Shown: positions 36,649-44,496 of the stretch, in pieces
Numbering within the stretch: the stretch's first letter is position 1
How the letters are laid out: the number at the start of each line of letters is the position of its first letter
Virus record (IMG/VR): IMGVR_UViG_3300036821_000216
Location: 1 to 44,496 of that record
Source: a virus
Lineage: Duplodnaviria; Caudoviricetes
Length of the DNA stretch: 44,496 bases
Direction: 5' to 3' (one strand)
Program-made: the position numbers and the translations under genes
Notes under the pieces: generated by a model
Told to the model about the DNA's origin: nothing
The model's database searches: none
The model's input: the letters and a program-made list of their open reading frames with translations, nothing else

Positions 36649-36879
36649 TTATGGCTGAGCGCCAGCAGTGATAGTCTTTGTTGGTGGGAAAACATCATCA
36701 ATGCTGACATTCGCGCCAAAATTGTTAAGCGCAGAAACGATGGTCCTACATTGATCAATGTTTACGTTTCTCTTGCCGTTCTCGTAATGACAAACCGCTC
36801 CCTTTGTTATCCCTAGGGCATTAGCTAAGTGCCCTTGAGTAATGCCCAGTTTGGTTCGTATGGCTCGTAGGTTGTTCAT
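36649..36879 (-). CDS. cro: Cro-like HTH repressor
   Basis: [23 protein letters not shown]; divergent from cI. Confidence 0.88.
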   Translation of the reverse strand: MNNLRAIRTKLGITQGHLANALGITKGAVCHYENGKRNVNIDQCRTIVSALNNFGANVSIDDVFPPTKTITAGAQP

Positions 36880-36905
36880 TGAGTTCTCCTGTAAACACAT
36901 TAAAT

Positions 36906-36976
36906 ATACATATTGTATTCATATCTCGCAAGAAGATATACGTTATGTGTCTCGATTGTATGTATACAACTTGTAT
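36906..36976. promoter_or_regulatory. OR operators, three 13-bp sites (ATACR-N3-TGTRT)
   Basis: ATACAtatTGTAT 36906-18, ATACGttaTGTGT 36938-50, ATACAactTGTAT 36964-76. Confidence 0.8.
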
Positions 36977-36985
36977 CATTTGGGT

Positions 36986-37645
36986 ATGACTATGAAATGG
37001 TACGATCTCGCTAAGTCTCTGATGAAAAATCAGGGCATCAATCAAGAGCAGTTAGCAGAACATCTTGGTATTACTAAAGGTGCGGTGAGCCATTGGCTAA
37101 ATGCCAGGCGGGAGCCCAGCCTTAGTGACATTTCAAAAATCCTGCATTTTTTAGGAAAACGAAACTTTTCGGTTGGTGCTGGCGGGTTAATTCTCGATGA
37201 AGAACTTAAGGGTGACGTTGCCTACATTGGGCCTTATTCTCCTGGCAAAAAATATCCTGTAGTAAGCAGTATAAAGGCTGGTATGTGGGGGGAGGCTGTT
37301 GAAGCTTACTCCTTGAAAGACATAGACCAATGGCTGGAGTCTGATGCGCATATTCAGGGAGATGCCTTTTGGCTTAAGGTTGATGGAGATTCAATGACTG
37401 CTCCCGTGGGCCTAAGCGTTCCAGAGGGAACTTATGTCTTATTTGATACTGGGCGAGATGCAACCAACGGAAGTTTAGTCATCGCCAAGCTTTCAGACTC
37501 CAATGAAGCCACTTTCAAAAAGCTTGTTATTGACGGCGGGCAGAAGTACTTGAAAGGGTTGAACCCCCAATGGCCGCTAGTGCCTATCAACGGCAACTGC
37601 AGAATTATTGGCGTTGCTGTTGAAACAAAATTGCGCCTTGTTTAG
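36986..37645 (+). CDS. cI: CI repressor (HTH + S24 autopeptidase)
   Basis: [14 protein letters not shown]; AG cleavage site; GDSM serine; TFKKL lysine. Confidence 0.95.
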   Translation: MTMKWYDLAKSLMKNQGINQEQLAEHLGITKGAVSHWLNARREPSLSDISKILHFLGKRNFSVGAGGLILDEELKGDVAYIGPYSPGKKYPVVSSIKAGMWGEAVEAYSLKDIDQWLESDAHIQGDAFWLKVDGDSMTAPVGLSVPEGTYVLFDTGRDATNGSLVIAKLSDSNEATFKKLVIDGGQKYLKGLNPQWPLVPINGNCRIIGVAVETKLRLV

Positions 37646-37659
37646 AGCACTTCTGATCT

Positions 37660-37683
37660 TAAGCCAGTCTTGAGGCTGGCTTT
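37660..37683 (+). terminator. Terminator after cI
   Basis: AAGCCAG-tcttgagg-CTGGCTT followed by T. Confidence 0.6.
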
Positions 37684-37793
37684 CTAACATTATTCCCCCT
37701 GAATCATCCCCGAGTTCCCCCATCACAGATCAGCCCCCAGAAAATTAAAACAACTTAAAATACATTACGTTACCCAAAATTGATGCGCTTTGT

Positions 37794-37835
37794 ATACAAT
37801 TTGTATTTACTTATTAAAATACGTTTTGTATATTT
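37794..37835 (+). promoter_or_regulatory. OL operators and pL
   Basis: ATACAattTGTAT 37794-806 and ATACGtttTGTAT 37819-31 overlap TTTACT-17 nt-TATATT. Confidence 0.78.
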
Positions 37836-37887
37836 AATTCATCGGTAACACAACGGCAAGAACATAGCAGCTTAATGAGGTACCAGG

Positions 37888-38169
37888 ATGCAACAGCAGG
37901 AACCGAAAATTATTGCAGGGGATCTGAGCAACGAAGAGTTGCTTCAATGGATGCAGGGCAAGATTCAGTCTGCACAGCAGTTGAAAGAAGCGCTTTCACT
38001 TAAAGATCATCACCAGAAAGCGCTGGAAGAAGTTAATGATCGTATCGAAATGCTTACCAGCCTCGCTGCTCTGGAGCTGAGCTATACAGCTCAGGAATCC
38101 AGACAATACGGAAAGGACGTAGCAGAATTACTGGACCAAAAGCGTCTGGAACGGACTAAAAGGGATTGA
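37888..38169 (+). CDS. Hypothetical coiled-coil protein, first pL gene
   Basis: GAGG RBS; 93-aa helical ORF. Confidence 0.65.
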   Translation: MQQQEPKIIAGDLSNEELLQWMQGKIQSAQQLKEALSLKDHHQKALEEVNDRIEMLTSLAALELSYTAQESRQYGKDVAELLDQKRLERTKRD

Positions 38170-38395
38170 CTGGATCATCACCAAGGGGGTCAAGCAGCCG
38201 AACTGTTTTGATGTAAACATCTTTGTCATATTCGGAAGCGTCTGCGGCGCTAATTTTTTCTCTGAATTTATCGACTGACCCAGCCAGCTCTTCTGCTTTA
38301 GAGCCACCTGATTCAGAAATAGAGATTGCAAGCCTCTGAATTGCCAGTTCAATAGCATCAAGGCGTGCAGCATGAAATTCTGTAACGTTGGACAT
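38156..38395 (-). CDS. Hypothetical 79-aa protein, antisense moron in the pL region
   Basis: MSNVTEFHAARLDAIELAI...; AGGA upstream; TGGTATCTT extended -10-like element. Confidence 0.65.
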   Translation of the reverse strand: MSNVTEFHAARLDAIELAIQRLAISISESGGSKAEELAGSVDKFREKISAADASEYDKDVYIKTVRLLDPLGDDPVNPF

Positions 38396-38510
38396 AAGTT
38401 TCGTTTCCTGGTTGCGTGAGGACTCCCAAGATACCACCGCCGTCTGAGGTGGAGAAGTGACCAGGCACACAACAGAAAGAACACTGTAGCTTAATGGCAG
38501 TTTGAATAAT

Positions 38511-38735
38511 TCAACCCTGGCGGCTGGATTCAATATGGTGAAAGAGGTGGTCTGGCAGAGGCGGAACTAGGGCAATATAGGGAGTGTCCCTGAATGTGAC
38601 TACTGAGCTCACATCTACTGGGTGGTGGCAAAGAGCGCAGACGAGTGAGGAAATCATGTCAGAGCTTGGATAATTGGAAGAGGCTACAAAACGTTCAGAA
38701 GTACATTTCTCACAAGAGAGTTTTATGTCAGGCAT
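38511..38735 (-). CDS. Small zinc-ribbon protein, antisense
   Basis: CEKC...CALC motif pair. Confidence 0.55.
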   Translation of the reverse strand: MPDIKLSCEKCTSERFVASSNYPSSDMISSLVCALCHHPVDVSSVVTFRDTPYIALVPPLPDHLFHHIESSRQG

Positions 38736-39057
38736 TTTTAGAACTCTGGGGATAGGTGCGGGACTTAATTGGAATTATTAAGAGTTTTCCTATTCATATT
38801 TTAGTGTAGCAGCTTTCTCCATTTTCGTCGGATTAGTGCAGCAGAAAGATCACTGATAAGTCGGTACAGCAGGTAAGCGCATTGGTCGCGAGTGTTCTTA
38901 CCGCTGAAACCAGAGTAAATAAGGGTCGTAAAAACAACCCCGGAGCGAAACCGGTATACCCATTGCTCAACCAGCGGCTCTTATCTATGCCTGAGCAAAT
39001 TAATTGCCATCACTGGCAAGGGATTCGTTCACGCCGAAATCAGCAAAGGGGTATTTC

Positions 39058-39132
39058 ATGAAAACTGATATCGCTTTTTATCTGGTCCTCGGTGTGGTTA
39101 TGGCAATCACTTATTTGGGAATGCAGATATGA
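39058..39132 (+). CDS. 24-aa hydrophobic peptide not in the ORF track
   Basis: MKTDIAFYLVLGVVMAITYLGMQI; AAAGGGG RBS; ATGA overlap with the next gene. Confidence 0.6.
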   Translation: MKTDIAFYLVLGVVMAITYLGMQI

Positions 39133-39764
39133 AAGAGCGCCCTATTTTATTCAACGCTGAGATGGTTAAGGCCATTCTCAGCGGTCGAAAGACGCAGACG
39201 CGGCGGATGGTTAAATTCCCGCTTCGCGATGTGAATATGGGTTGTGAGCTTGCCGGTAATGAATTGGCCGGTGAGGTTAAAGCTGGTGATTACAGCAACT
39301 GCCCGCTGGGGAAGCCCGGCGATCAGCTTTGGGTACGTGAGACTTGGTCTGATGTGAATAATGCAGGTTGCCCCTCTGTCGCCTACCGGGCAGATGGTGA
39401 AGTGCGAGACCTTGGTGAAGAAGATGGCGAAGAGGCCGATCCAAACCTCGAAAAATACTGGTTTGCAACCTGGTATCCAGACCTGATTAATGGCACCGAA
39501 GGCGGCTGGCGTCCCTCCATCCACATGCCGTGCTGGGCATCACGCATCAACCTGCTGATCACCGGCGTTCGCGTTGAGCGCCTGGATGATATCAGTCTGC
39601 ACGATGCCAGATGCGAAGGGATAGTGGGTCACCATAACGTCGGGCAAGAGAAGTATTTGTTCTCCCGGTTGTGGCGGGATATCTACGGCGAAGAAAGCTG
39701 GTCAGATAATCCGTGGGTATGGGTGATTGAATTCGAACATCTGCGCGTTGGGAGGAAGGGATGA
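39129..39764 (+). CDS. ASCH-like phage protein
   Basis: MKERPILF..MV.AIL.GRKTQTRR...GD.LWVRETW...PSIHMP...NPWVWVIEF. Confidence 0.75.
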   Translation: MKERPILFNAEMVKAILSGRKTQTRRMVKFPLRDVNMGCELAGNELAGEVKAGDYSNCPLGKPGDQLWVRETWSDVNNAGCPSVAYRADGEVRDLGEEDGEEADPNLEKYWFATWYPDLINGTEGGWRPSIHMPCWASRINLLITGVRVERLDDISLHDARCEGIVGHHNVGQEKYLFSRLWRDIYGEESWSDNPWVWVIEFEHLRVGRKG

Positions 39765-39982
39765 AAACTCTTGTAATAGACTGGCTGACTCCATGCCCAA
39801 ACTGCGGAAACAAAACCGCCCACGTTAAAACAGAGCACGGCAGCAATGATTTTCTGTTTGATGGTGATTCCGTTTCCTGCATGTCGGCCTGTGGAATGAA
39901 GGGTGTCATTGAAATTTTCGATACTGATAGCGCTGACGTGATTTGGGATGAAATCGGATTTGATTTGGGAGCAACCTCATGA
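39761..39982 (+). CDS. Zinc-ribbon protein, possibly Lar-like
   Basis: LTPCPNCG...VSCMSACG. Confidence 0.55.
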   Translation: MKTLVIDWLTPCPNCGNKTAHVKTEHGSNDFLFDGDSVSCMSACGMKGVIEIFDTDSADVIWDEIGFDLGATS

Positions 39983-40638
39983 CTGATACAACAGATATCA
40001 AGGCGCTGCGTGACGCGGCTGCGCTGATCGCTCACGGCTATAAACAACGCTGGGGTTGCGAGACAAACGAAGATACTGGCTTTGTTGGCATTGGAACGTT
40101 CGACCATGACGGCGAACTTTGCCCTTTCATTGAAGTGTCAGTTTCGAATTGGTCCGATGACGATGGAGATGATGAGCGTCTGGCTGAGTTCCTTACCTTG
40201 GCAAATCCAGTAGCCATTCTCGCCCTACTCGACCGGCTCGAAGCAGAACGCCAGCCGGCTGATGCTAATGAGCCGGTGCGCTGTGAAGGTGCTCCCCAGC
40301 ATGTCCACGACATGATCGACCTGCAAGAAACTATTGACGAGTTGCGGGCAGAAATCGCAGCGCTGAAAGGCGATCAGGTGCCAGTGGCTTTAGTGGACGA
40401 GCGGCAAGGCTGCGGCGGTTTTTGTTTAACTCAGCACGGACGCAGCCTCAATATTCCGCACGGTACGGAGCTATTCACCGCCCCGCAAAAACCGGTCTTA
40501 CATCCACAACTGTTATCTGATATTAGGCAATGCGTCATTGATGCCACGGCATGGTGTACGCACAGAACGCCACCAGATTACGTCAGCAATGTTAATGCGT
40601 GGCTGGCCGATGGCGGCGTCGTGAAGGATGGTGAGTGA
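39979..40638 (+). CDS. Ead/Ea22-like protein
   Basis: DIKALRDAA...AEFLTLANPVAILALLDRLE; GTELFTAP. Confidence 0.75.
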   Translation: MTDTTDIKALRDAAALIAHGYKQRWGCETNEDTGFVGIGTFDHDGELCPFIEVSVSNWSDDDGDDERLAEFLTLANPVAILALLDRLEAERQPADANEPVRCEGAPQHVHDMIDLQETIDELRAEIAALKGDQVPVALVDERQGCGGFCLTQHGRSLNIPHGTELFTAPQKPVLHPQLLSDIRQCVIDATAWCTHRTPPDYVSNVNAWLADGGVVKDGE

Positions 40639-40639
40639 T

Positions 40640-40861
40640 ATGGCAAATTCACTTCTGGAATCCTGTAATCGCTGGCAGATTCAGCGTGCTGTGATACTGG
40701 AAAGAAATCCAGACATGGCAATGACCCTCGACGCTCTGGATGACATGATTGGGCACTCCGTTCGTTCTGCGCTCACCATAGCCCACCGCGTAGACTGGGA
40801 TTTTCGTGAAGCTGAGAAACTGGCAAAACAGGTGGCGGAGTCAGGCAACAGTAATGTCTAA
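40640..40861 (+). CDS. Hypothetical phage protein
   Basis: Tightly packed ORF beginning MANSLLESCNRW. Confidence 0.6.
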   Translation: MANSLLESCNRWQIQRAVILERNPDMAMTLDALDDMIGHSVRSALTIAHRVDWDFREAEKLAKQVAESGNSNV

Positions 40862-41012
40862 GCGCGCTCATTTAGTCAGGCGGATTTTCGTGAAACGAAT
40901 GCTGAAGCTGTGGTTTGTTCCAGTTGAGTTTGCGCCAGCAATGCCGCCAGGGGAGAAAATGCTCTGGTGGCGAGCTGGGAAATATTACGGCCGTTTTCGG
41001 GTCAGTCAGTAA
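40854..41012 (+). CDS. Small basic hypothetical protein
   Basis: MSKRAHLVRRIF..., overlaps the previous stop. Confidence 0.5.
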   Translation: MSKRAHLVRRIFVKRMLKLWFVPVEFAPAMPPGEKMLWWRAGKYYGRFRVSQ

Positions 41013-41054
41013 ACCGGTGTGCAGCCGGCTATAACTAAACGTGTGGAGTGATTT

Positions 41055-41297
41055 ATGGCGAGAACATTAACGTTAGATGAATGGGCTCTCGAAGAGTTCT
41101 CAGCGCCAGTACCAAGTCGAGCAACATTGATGAGGTATGCCAAAAACGGAATGATTTACCCCCTTCCCGTTAAGGCTGGGCGATGCTGGCGTGTAGAAGC
41201 GTCAGCGCGTTTCATTGGCATGGCCGAGAAGCCCGAGATCAGCAAGGACTTAGATCCACGTTTAATGAGGATTCTCGAAGATGGCACGTCCACGTAA
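41055..41297 (+). CDS. xis: Excisionase
   Basis: TLDEWA.EEF..PVPS..TL.RYAK.G.IYP.PVK.GR.WRV; overlaps the int start. Confidence 0.9.
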   Translation: MARTLTLDEWALEEFSAPVPSRATLMRYAKNGMIYPLPVKAGRCWRVEASARFIGMAEKPEISKDLDPRLMRILEDGTST

Positions 41298-42405
41298 ATA
41301 CAACGTGAATATCCCCGGCCTTTCCTGTTACACCGACGCCAGAACTAAAAAGGTCTACTGGCGTTATAAACACCCAGGAACGGGAAAGTTTCATGGGCTT
41401 GGTGACAATGAAGAGGAAGCAAAAGCAATCGCAATAGATGCAAATATGCAATTAAACCAACGCAAAATGGCTAATCTACTCCGGGTGAGAAATGAAATTA
41501 GCCGGGAAGTAAATAAAGGAATTACCACAAGCGCATGGGTTGATAAGTACAGATTGATTCAGTTGGACAGAGTTAAAGCTGGGGAGATAAAACCTGACAC
41601 TGCAAAACTTCGAGAGCCTTCATTAAGAGCGTTGATTTCTCATTGCGGCCTAAAAACTTTATCTGAAGTAGGTGCCCGAGATATTGCTGGTATTCTGGAT
41701 TTATATATCGAAAAAGGTCAAGGCAGAATGGCCCAGATGGTACGCTCGACACTAAGTGATGTTTTTAAAGAAGCCCAACATGCTGGCGAGGTTCCAGCTG
41801 GATATAATCCGGCAAAAGCCACCAAGCAACCAAGAGCGAAAGTGACAAGACAAAGGCTTTCATTAGAAGAATGGAAAGATATATATGCAGAGGCTTTGAA
41901 GATGCCTGTGCACATTCCCCGTGCAATGCTGTTGGCTATTATTACCGGTCAGCGAATTGGTGATATTTCAAAATTAAAGTTCACGGACATTTGGGACAAT
42001 AAACTTCACATTATTCAACAAAAAACCGGGGCTAAAGTCGCCATTCCGCTTTCCTTAAAATGTGAAGCATTGGGCATATCCCTACAGGATGTCATTACTG
42101 AATGTCGCGATTCGGTTTTGAGTCAGTGGATCTTGCATCATCACAGAGCGAGAAGGAATTGTACGCGGGGTGGGCAGATTACCAAGAGCACCCTATCAAA
42201 GGGGTTTGCAGACGCTCGAGATAACTGTGGTCTGAAATGGACAGGTGAAAGCCCCCCAACGTTTCATGAGCAACGTTCGTTGTCTGAGCGGCTTTTCAGT
42301 GAACAGGGTATTAACACACAGGTGTTACTCGGTCACAAAAATAGCCAGATGACGGAGAAATATCATGACGATCGGGGTAAGGACTGGAAGGAGGTTGTCA
42401 TTTAA
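41281..42405 (+). CDS. int: Lambda-family tyrosine integrase
   Basis: Arm-binding N-terminus; TGQRIGD, QQKTG, FHEQRSL, LLGH, KY catalytic motifs. Confidence 0.96.
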   Translation: MARPRKYNVNIPGLSCYTDARTKKVYWRYKHPGTGKFHGLGDNEEEAKAIAIDANMQLNQRKMANLLRVRNEISREVNKGITTSAWVDKYRLIQLDRVKAGEIKPDTAKLREPSLRALISHCGLKTLSEVGARDIAGILDLYIEKGQGRMAQMVRSTLSDVFKEAQHAGEVPAGYNPAKATKQPRAKVTRQRLSLEEWKDIYAEALKMPVHIPRAMLLAIITGQRIGDISKLKFTDIWDNKLHIIQQKTGAKVAIPLSLKCEALGISLQDVITECRDSVLSQWILHHHRARRNCTRGGQITKSTLSKGFADARDNCGLKWTGESPPTFHEQRSLSERLFSEQGINTQVLLGHKNSQMTEKYHDDRGKDWKEVVI

Positions 42406-42416
42406 TTCATGGGTAG

Positions 42417-42448
42417 TTTTGCAGAAGGATTTTGCAGGAGTTTTGCAG
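42417..42448 (+). repeat. Integrase arm-type sites, 3 x TTTTGCAG
   Basis: Copies at 42417, 42430 and 42441 between the int stop and the junction. Confidence 0.75.
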
Positions 42449-42479
42449 GGACGCAAATTTCCATAGAAATAATAGTCGA

Positions 42480-42505
42480 TTAGCAGTTGATGCCCATGCC
42501 GAAAT
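42480..42505. other. Prophage-host att junction inside the porin gene
   Basis: Porin similarity stops at YDFGMGI, then NC-stop in AT-rich phage-side DNA. Confidence 0.75.
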
Positions 42506-43130
42506 CATAGGAGGTAGAGATACCGAAACCATCACCGTTTTGTTTGCGAATAGAACGATCACCATTATTAGTGCCTTCTCCTGTGATATCACCGTCGTTT
42601 GCGCCCTGATACTGCAGAGCAAAGTCCCAGCCTTTCACTTCGCCGAAGAAGTCGGTGTTACGGTAGGTTGCCACGCCGTTGGTACGACCTACCATGAAGT
42701 TGTCTGCAGTGGTGTAAGTATCGCCACCAAACTCAGGCAGCATATCAGTCCAGGATTCAACGTCGTATACGACACCGTAGTTACGACCATAGTCAAAGGA
42801 ACCATACTCACCAAATTTCAGACCCGCGAATCCCAGACGGGTCGCATTACCTGATGTTCCGGTACTGCCTTCAGAATTATCGGCCTGAATGTTGTATTCC
42901 CACTGGCCGTAACCAGTCAGCAGATCATTGATTTGTGTTTCACCTTTAAAACCGACACGGACATAAGTCTGATCGCCGTCTGCGCCAGCATCGTCAGAAA
43001 AATAATGCAAACCATCAACCTTACCGTACAGATCTAATTTGTTGCCTTCTTTGTTATAGATTTCTGCTGAATGAGCTGCGCCTGCAACCAGTAATGCCGG
43101 GATAATAATCGCCAATGCTTTTAATTTCAT
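42480..43130 (-). pseudogene. 5' part of an OmpC/OmpN-family porin gene interrupted by the prophage
   Basis: [24 protein letters not shown]...[11 protein letters not shown]...QNGDGFG; only 216 aa, with no C-terminal strands or terminal Phe. Confidence 0.9.
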
Positions 43131-43376
43131 GATGTCATTCCTTTATCATTTAATTGAATACTTGAATTTATTATATATACATTATCAATGAGTCTAAGCT
43201 CGTGTTAATACTACCTACAGAGTTCCGTTGCTCAGTAGATAAATTATCTCTTTTGGTTTTATTATTTATTGCTAATTATTTCATTAGGCTGTTTTGATAT
43301 ATTCCGTGAATGTATGTGCTAAAATATATGCAAAATTTATATTTATAGTAAGGCAATGTAGTGTGATAATTTAATT

Positions 43377-43498
43377 TATGAGTTCCGGCATCATCACTGG
43401 AATTCGATTTACCCTTCCTTGGTTTTAACTTAATAGAACGCGCCGTGTCCCCCTTAGCGGCTTTACAATTTACCCCGCCTGACTGCGGGGTTTTTTTT
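43377..43498 (+). ncRNA. Candidate small RNA divergent from the porin gene
   Basis: TGTGATAAT extended -10-like element at 43362-70 and a plus-strand terminator, with no substantial ORF between. Confidence 0.35.
43472..43498 (+). terminator. Intrinsic terminator
   Basis: ACCCCGC-ctgact-GCGGGG followed by T8. Confidence 0.8.
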
Positions 43499-43502
43499 GC
43501 AT

Positions 43503-43533
43503 AAAAAAACCCATAACCGGCGAAAGTTATGGG
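43503..43533 (-). terminator. Intrinsic terminator
   Basis: CCCATAAC..GTTATGGG with T7 on the minus strand. Confidence 0.75.
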
Positions 43534-43682
43534 CTCAACAATTGAGAGAGAACTAAAATTTCTACGACGAGGTCAGAGAGACTTTCCACAACAACCTTCA
43601 TAAGGGAGGCTGACACTGTGCCAGGCACAAGGGCAACACCGGTTATTAAGGGTACAACAAGCACTATCAGGAGAAACTCAGG

Positions 43683-43923
43683 TTAATCGCACAGCTCGTT
43701 CCAGTAGCTGAAGCGCATTAAACGTATATAGCGGTCAGGGGCGGCGAAACCAGGCTGGATCACTGTTCCCCACATCAATACCATACAGACAACCGGTTGC
43801 CAGAAAACTTTCCAGCAGACGCGACGTGTCCTGCGCCATTTCTTCAGTCTGGTGGCGCGGCTTACGTTGAGTAATTCGCTGCCATAAGGAGCGGTGTTCA
43901 GCAGTTTGTGCGGTCGTTGACAT
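43683..43923 (-). pseudogene. Small host hypothetical gene, possibly frameshifted
   Basis: GGAGG RBS at the 43923 start; removing one base near 43748 would join it to the frame ending ...RFSYWNELCD. Confidence 0.4.
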
Positions 43924-44082
43924 AAAGGCCTCCGGTTATTCACGGCTTTCTGTTTAAAGCTTTTATGCAACAAGCTTTACAGACTCGTAGCAGACAGTAT
44001 CTTCTGCTGGAATGACCTCAGTTAACCTTTTTCTGCCTGCAAACAGAACCAACGATTTATGCTTTCTTTATGAAGTTTTGGA

Positions 44083-44496
44083 CTATAACTTCCCCAGCCA
44101 GACACCCTCGCAGAACAACTTCGCACACGCCAGACTGTTCTGATGACGCGTTTGCGGATCCCCTGGGGTTTGTGCCAGTTGCACCAGAATGCCGGTAAAG
44201 CATTGTGCCATCAGCACGGCGGAAATATCCTCACGAAACAACTTATTCTCCTGACTTGTTGAAAGATTTTCAGCCATCAGGTCACACAGTAATCGTTGCG
44301 TTTCCTGTGCCTGAGGAGGCAATAAAAAGGCCTGCTGGGTGCGTGCATCATCTTCTGCTAAAAAGTTAAGCAGTTTTCGGAAGCTTAACGCCATCCGGTC
44401 AAGCACCTGATTCTCCGCAACCTGCGGCGCAATTTGTAAAGAGCGTACAAGCGCGGTCAGACGCTCGTGAAAAGCAATAACATCGGTATGGCTCAT
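44083..44496 (-). CDS. TetR/AcrR-like regulator, C-terminal part (host; probably truncated by the window edge)
   Basis: Helical protein ending QENKLFREDISA...KLFCEGV, typical of TetR ligand domains; HTH not visible. Confidence 0.5.
   Translation of the reverse strand: MSHTDVIAFHERLTALVRSLQIAPQVAENQVLDRMALSFRKLLNFLAEDDARTQQAFLLPPQAQETQRLLCDLMAENLSTSQENKLFREDISAVLMAQCFTGILVQLAQTPGDPQTRHQNSLACAKLFCEGVWLGKL

Larger units (their letters stand above)
1..42495. mobile_element. Lambdoid prophage (HK97-like head, lambda-like tail, SfV/ST64B-like early region) integrated in a porin gene; left end lies beyond the window
   Basis: Complete ordered int-xis-early-cI/cro-replication-Q-lysis-terminase-head-tail gene set; porin frame breaks about 80 bp after the int stop. 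Confidence 0.95.

Noticed and set aside
36842-36985. N-terminal extension of CI given in the ORF track
   Set aside because: It runs through the OR operators and overlaps cro; the HTH domain starts at 36986/36992
42432-42854. Plus-strand ORF spanning the att junction
   Set aside because: Antisense shadow of the porin gene that starts within the arm-type repeats

Overview
Positions 1 to about 42,495 are a nearly complete lambdoid prophage of an Enterobacterales host. It has an HK97-type head, a lambda-type non-contractile tail and an SfV/ST64B-like early region. Late genes lie on the minus strand; cI, the pL operon, xis and int lie on the plus strand. The prophage sits inside a classical trimeric porin gene, whose frame is cut after about 213 codons at the att junction; the other att end is outside the window. 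About 2 kb of host DNA follows. Most notable: (1) two glycosyltransferase genes between the lysis cassette and HNH/terminase resemble, from my recall, the mycobacteriophage virion-glycosylation genes, and both the major capsid and tail tube proteins end in a C-terminal Ser; (2) tail-tip protein L carries an in-frame insertion of about 305 aa that looks like a carbohydrate-binding or fibre domain; (3) a GTGCAG-loop hairpin plus ACGTGTGGAG element recurs in front of xis, the antirepressor and the replication genes; (4) a DpdA/TGT-like gene lies near an MT-A70 methylase; (5) there are several morons (RhuM plus BRO-N, a LexA-boxed UmuD'-like operon, Cor, tandem paralogues after pR'). All family assignments come from motif recognition by eye; no database searches were run.
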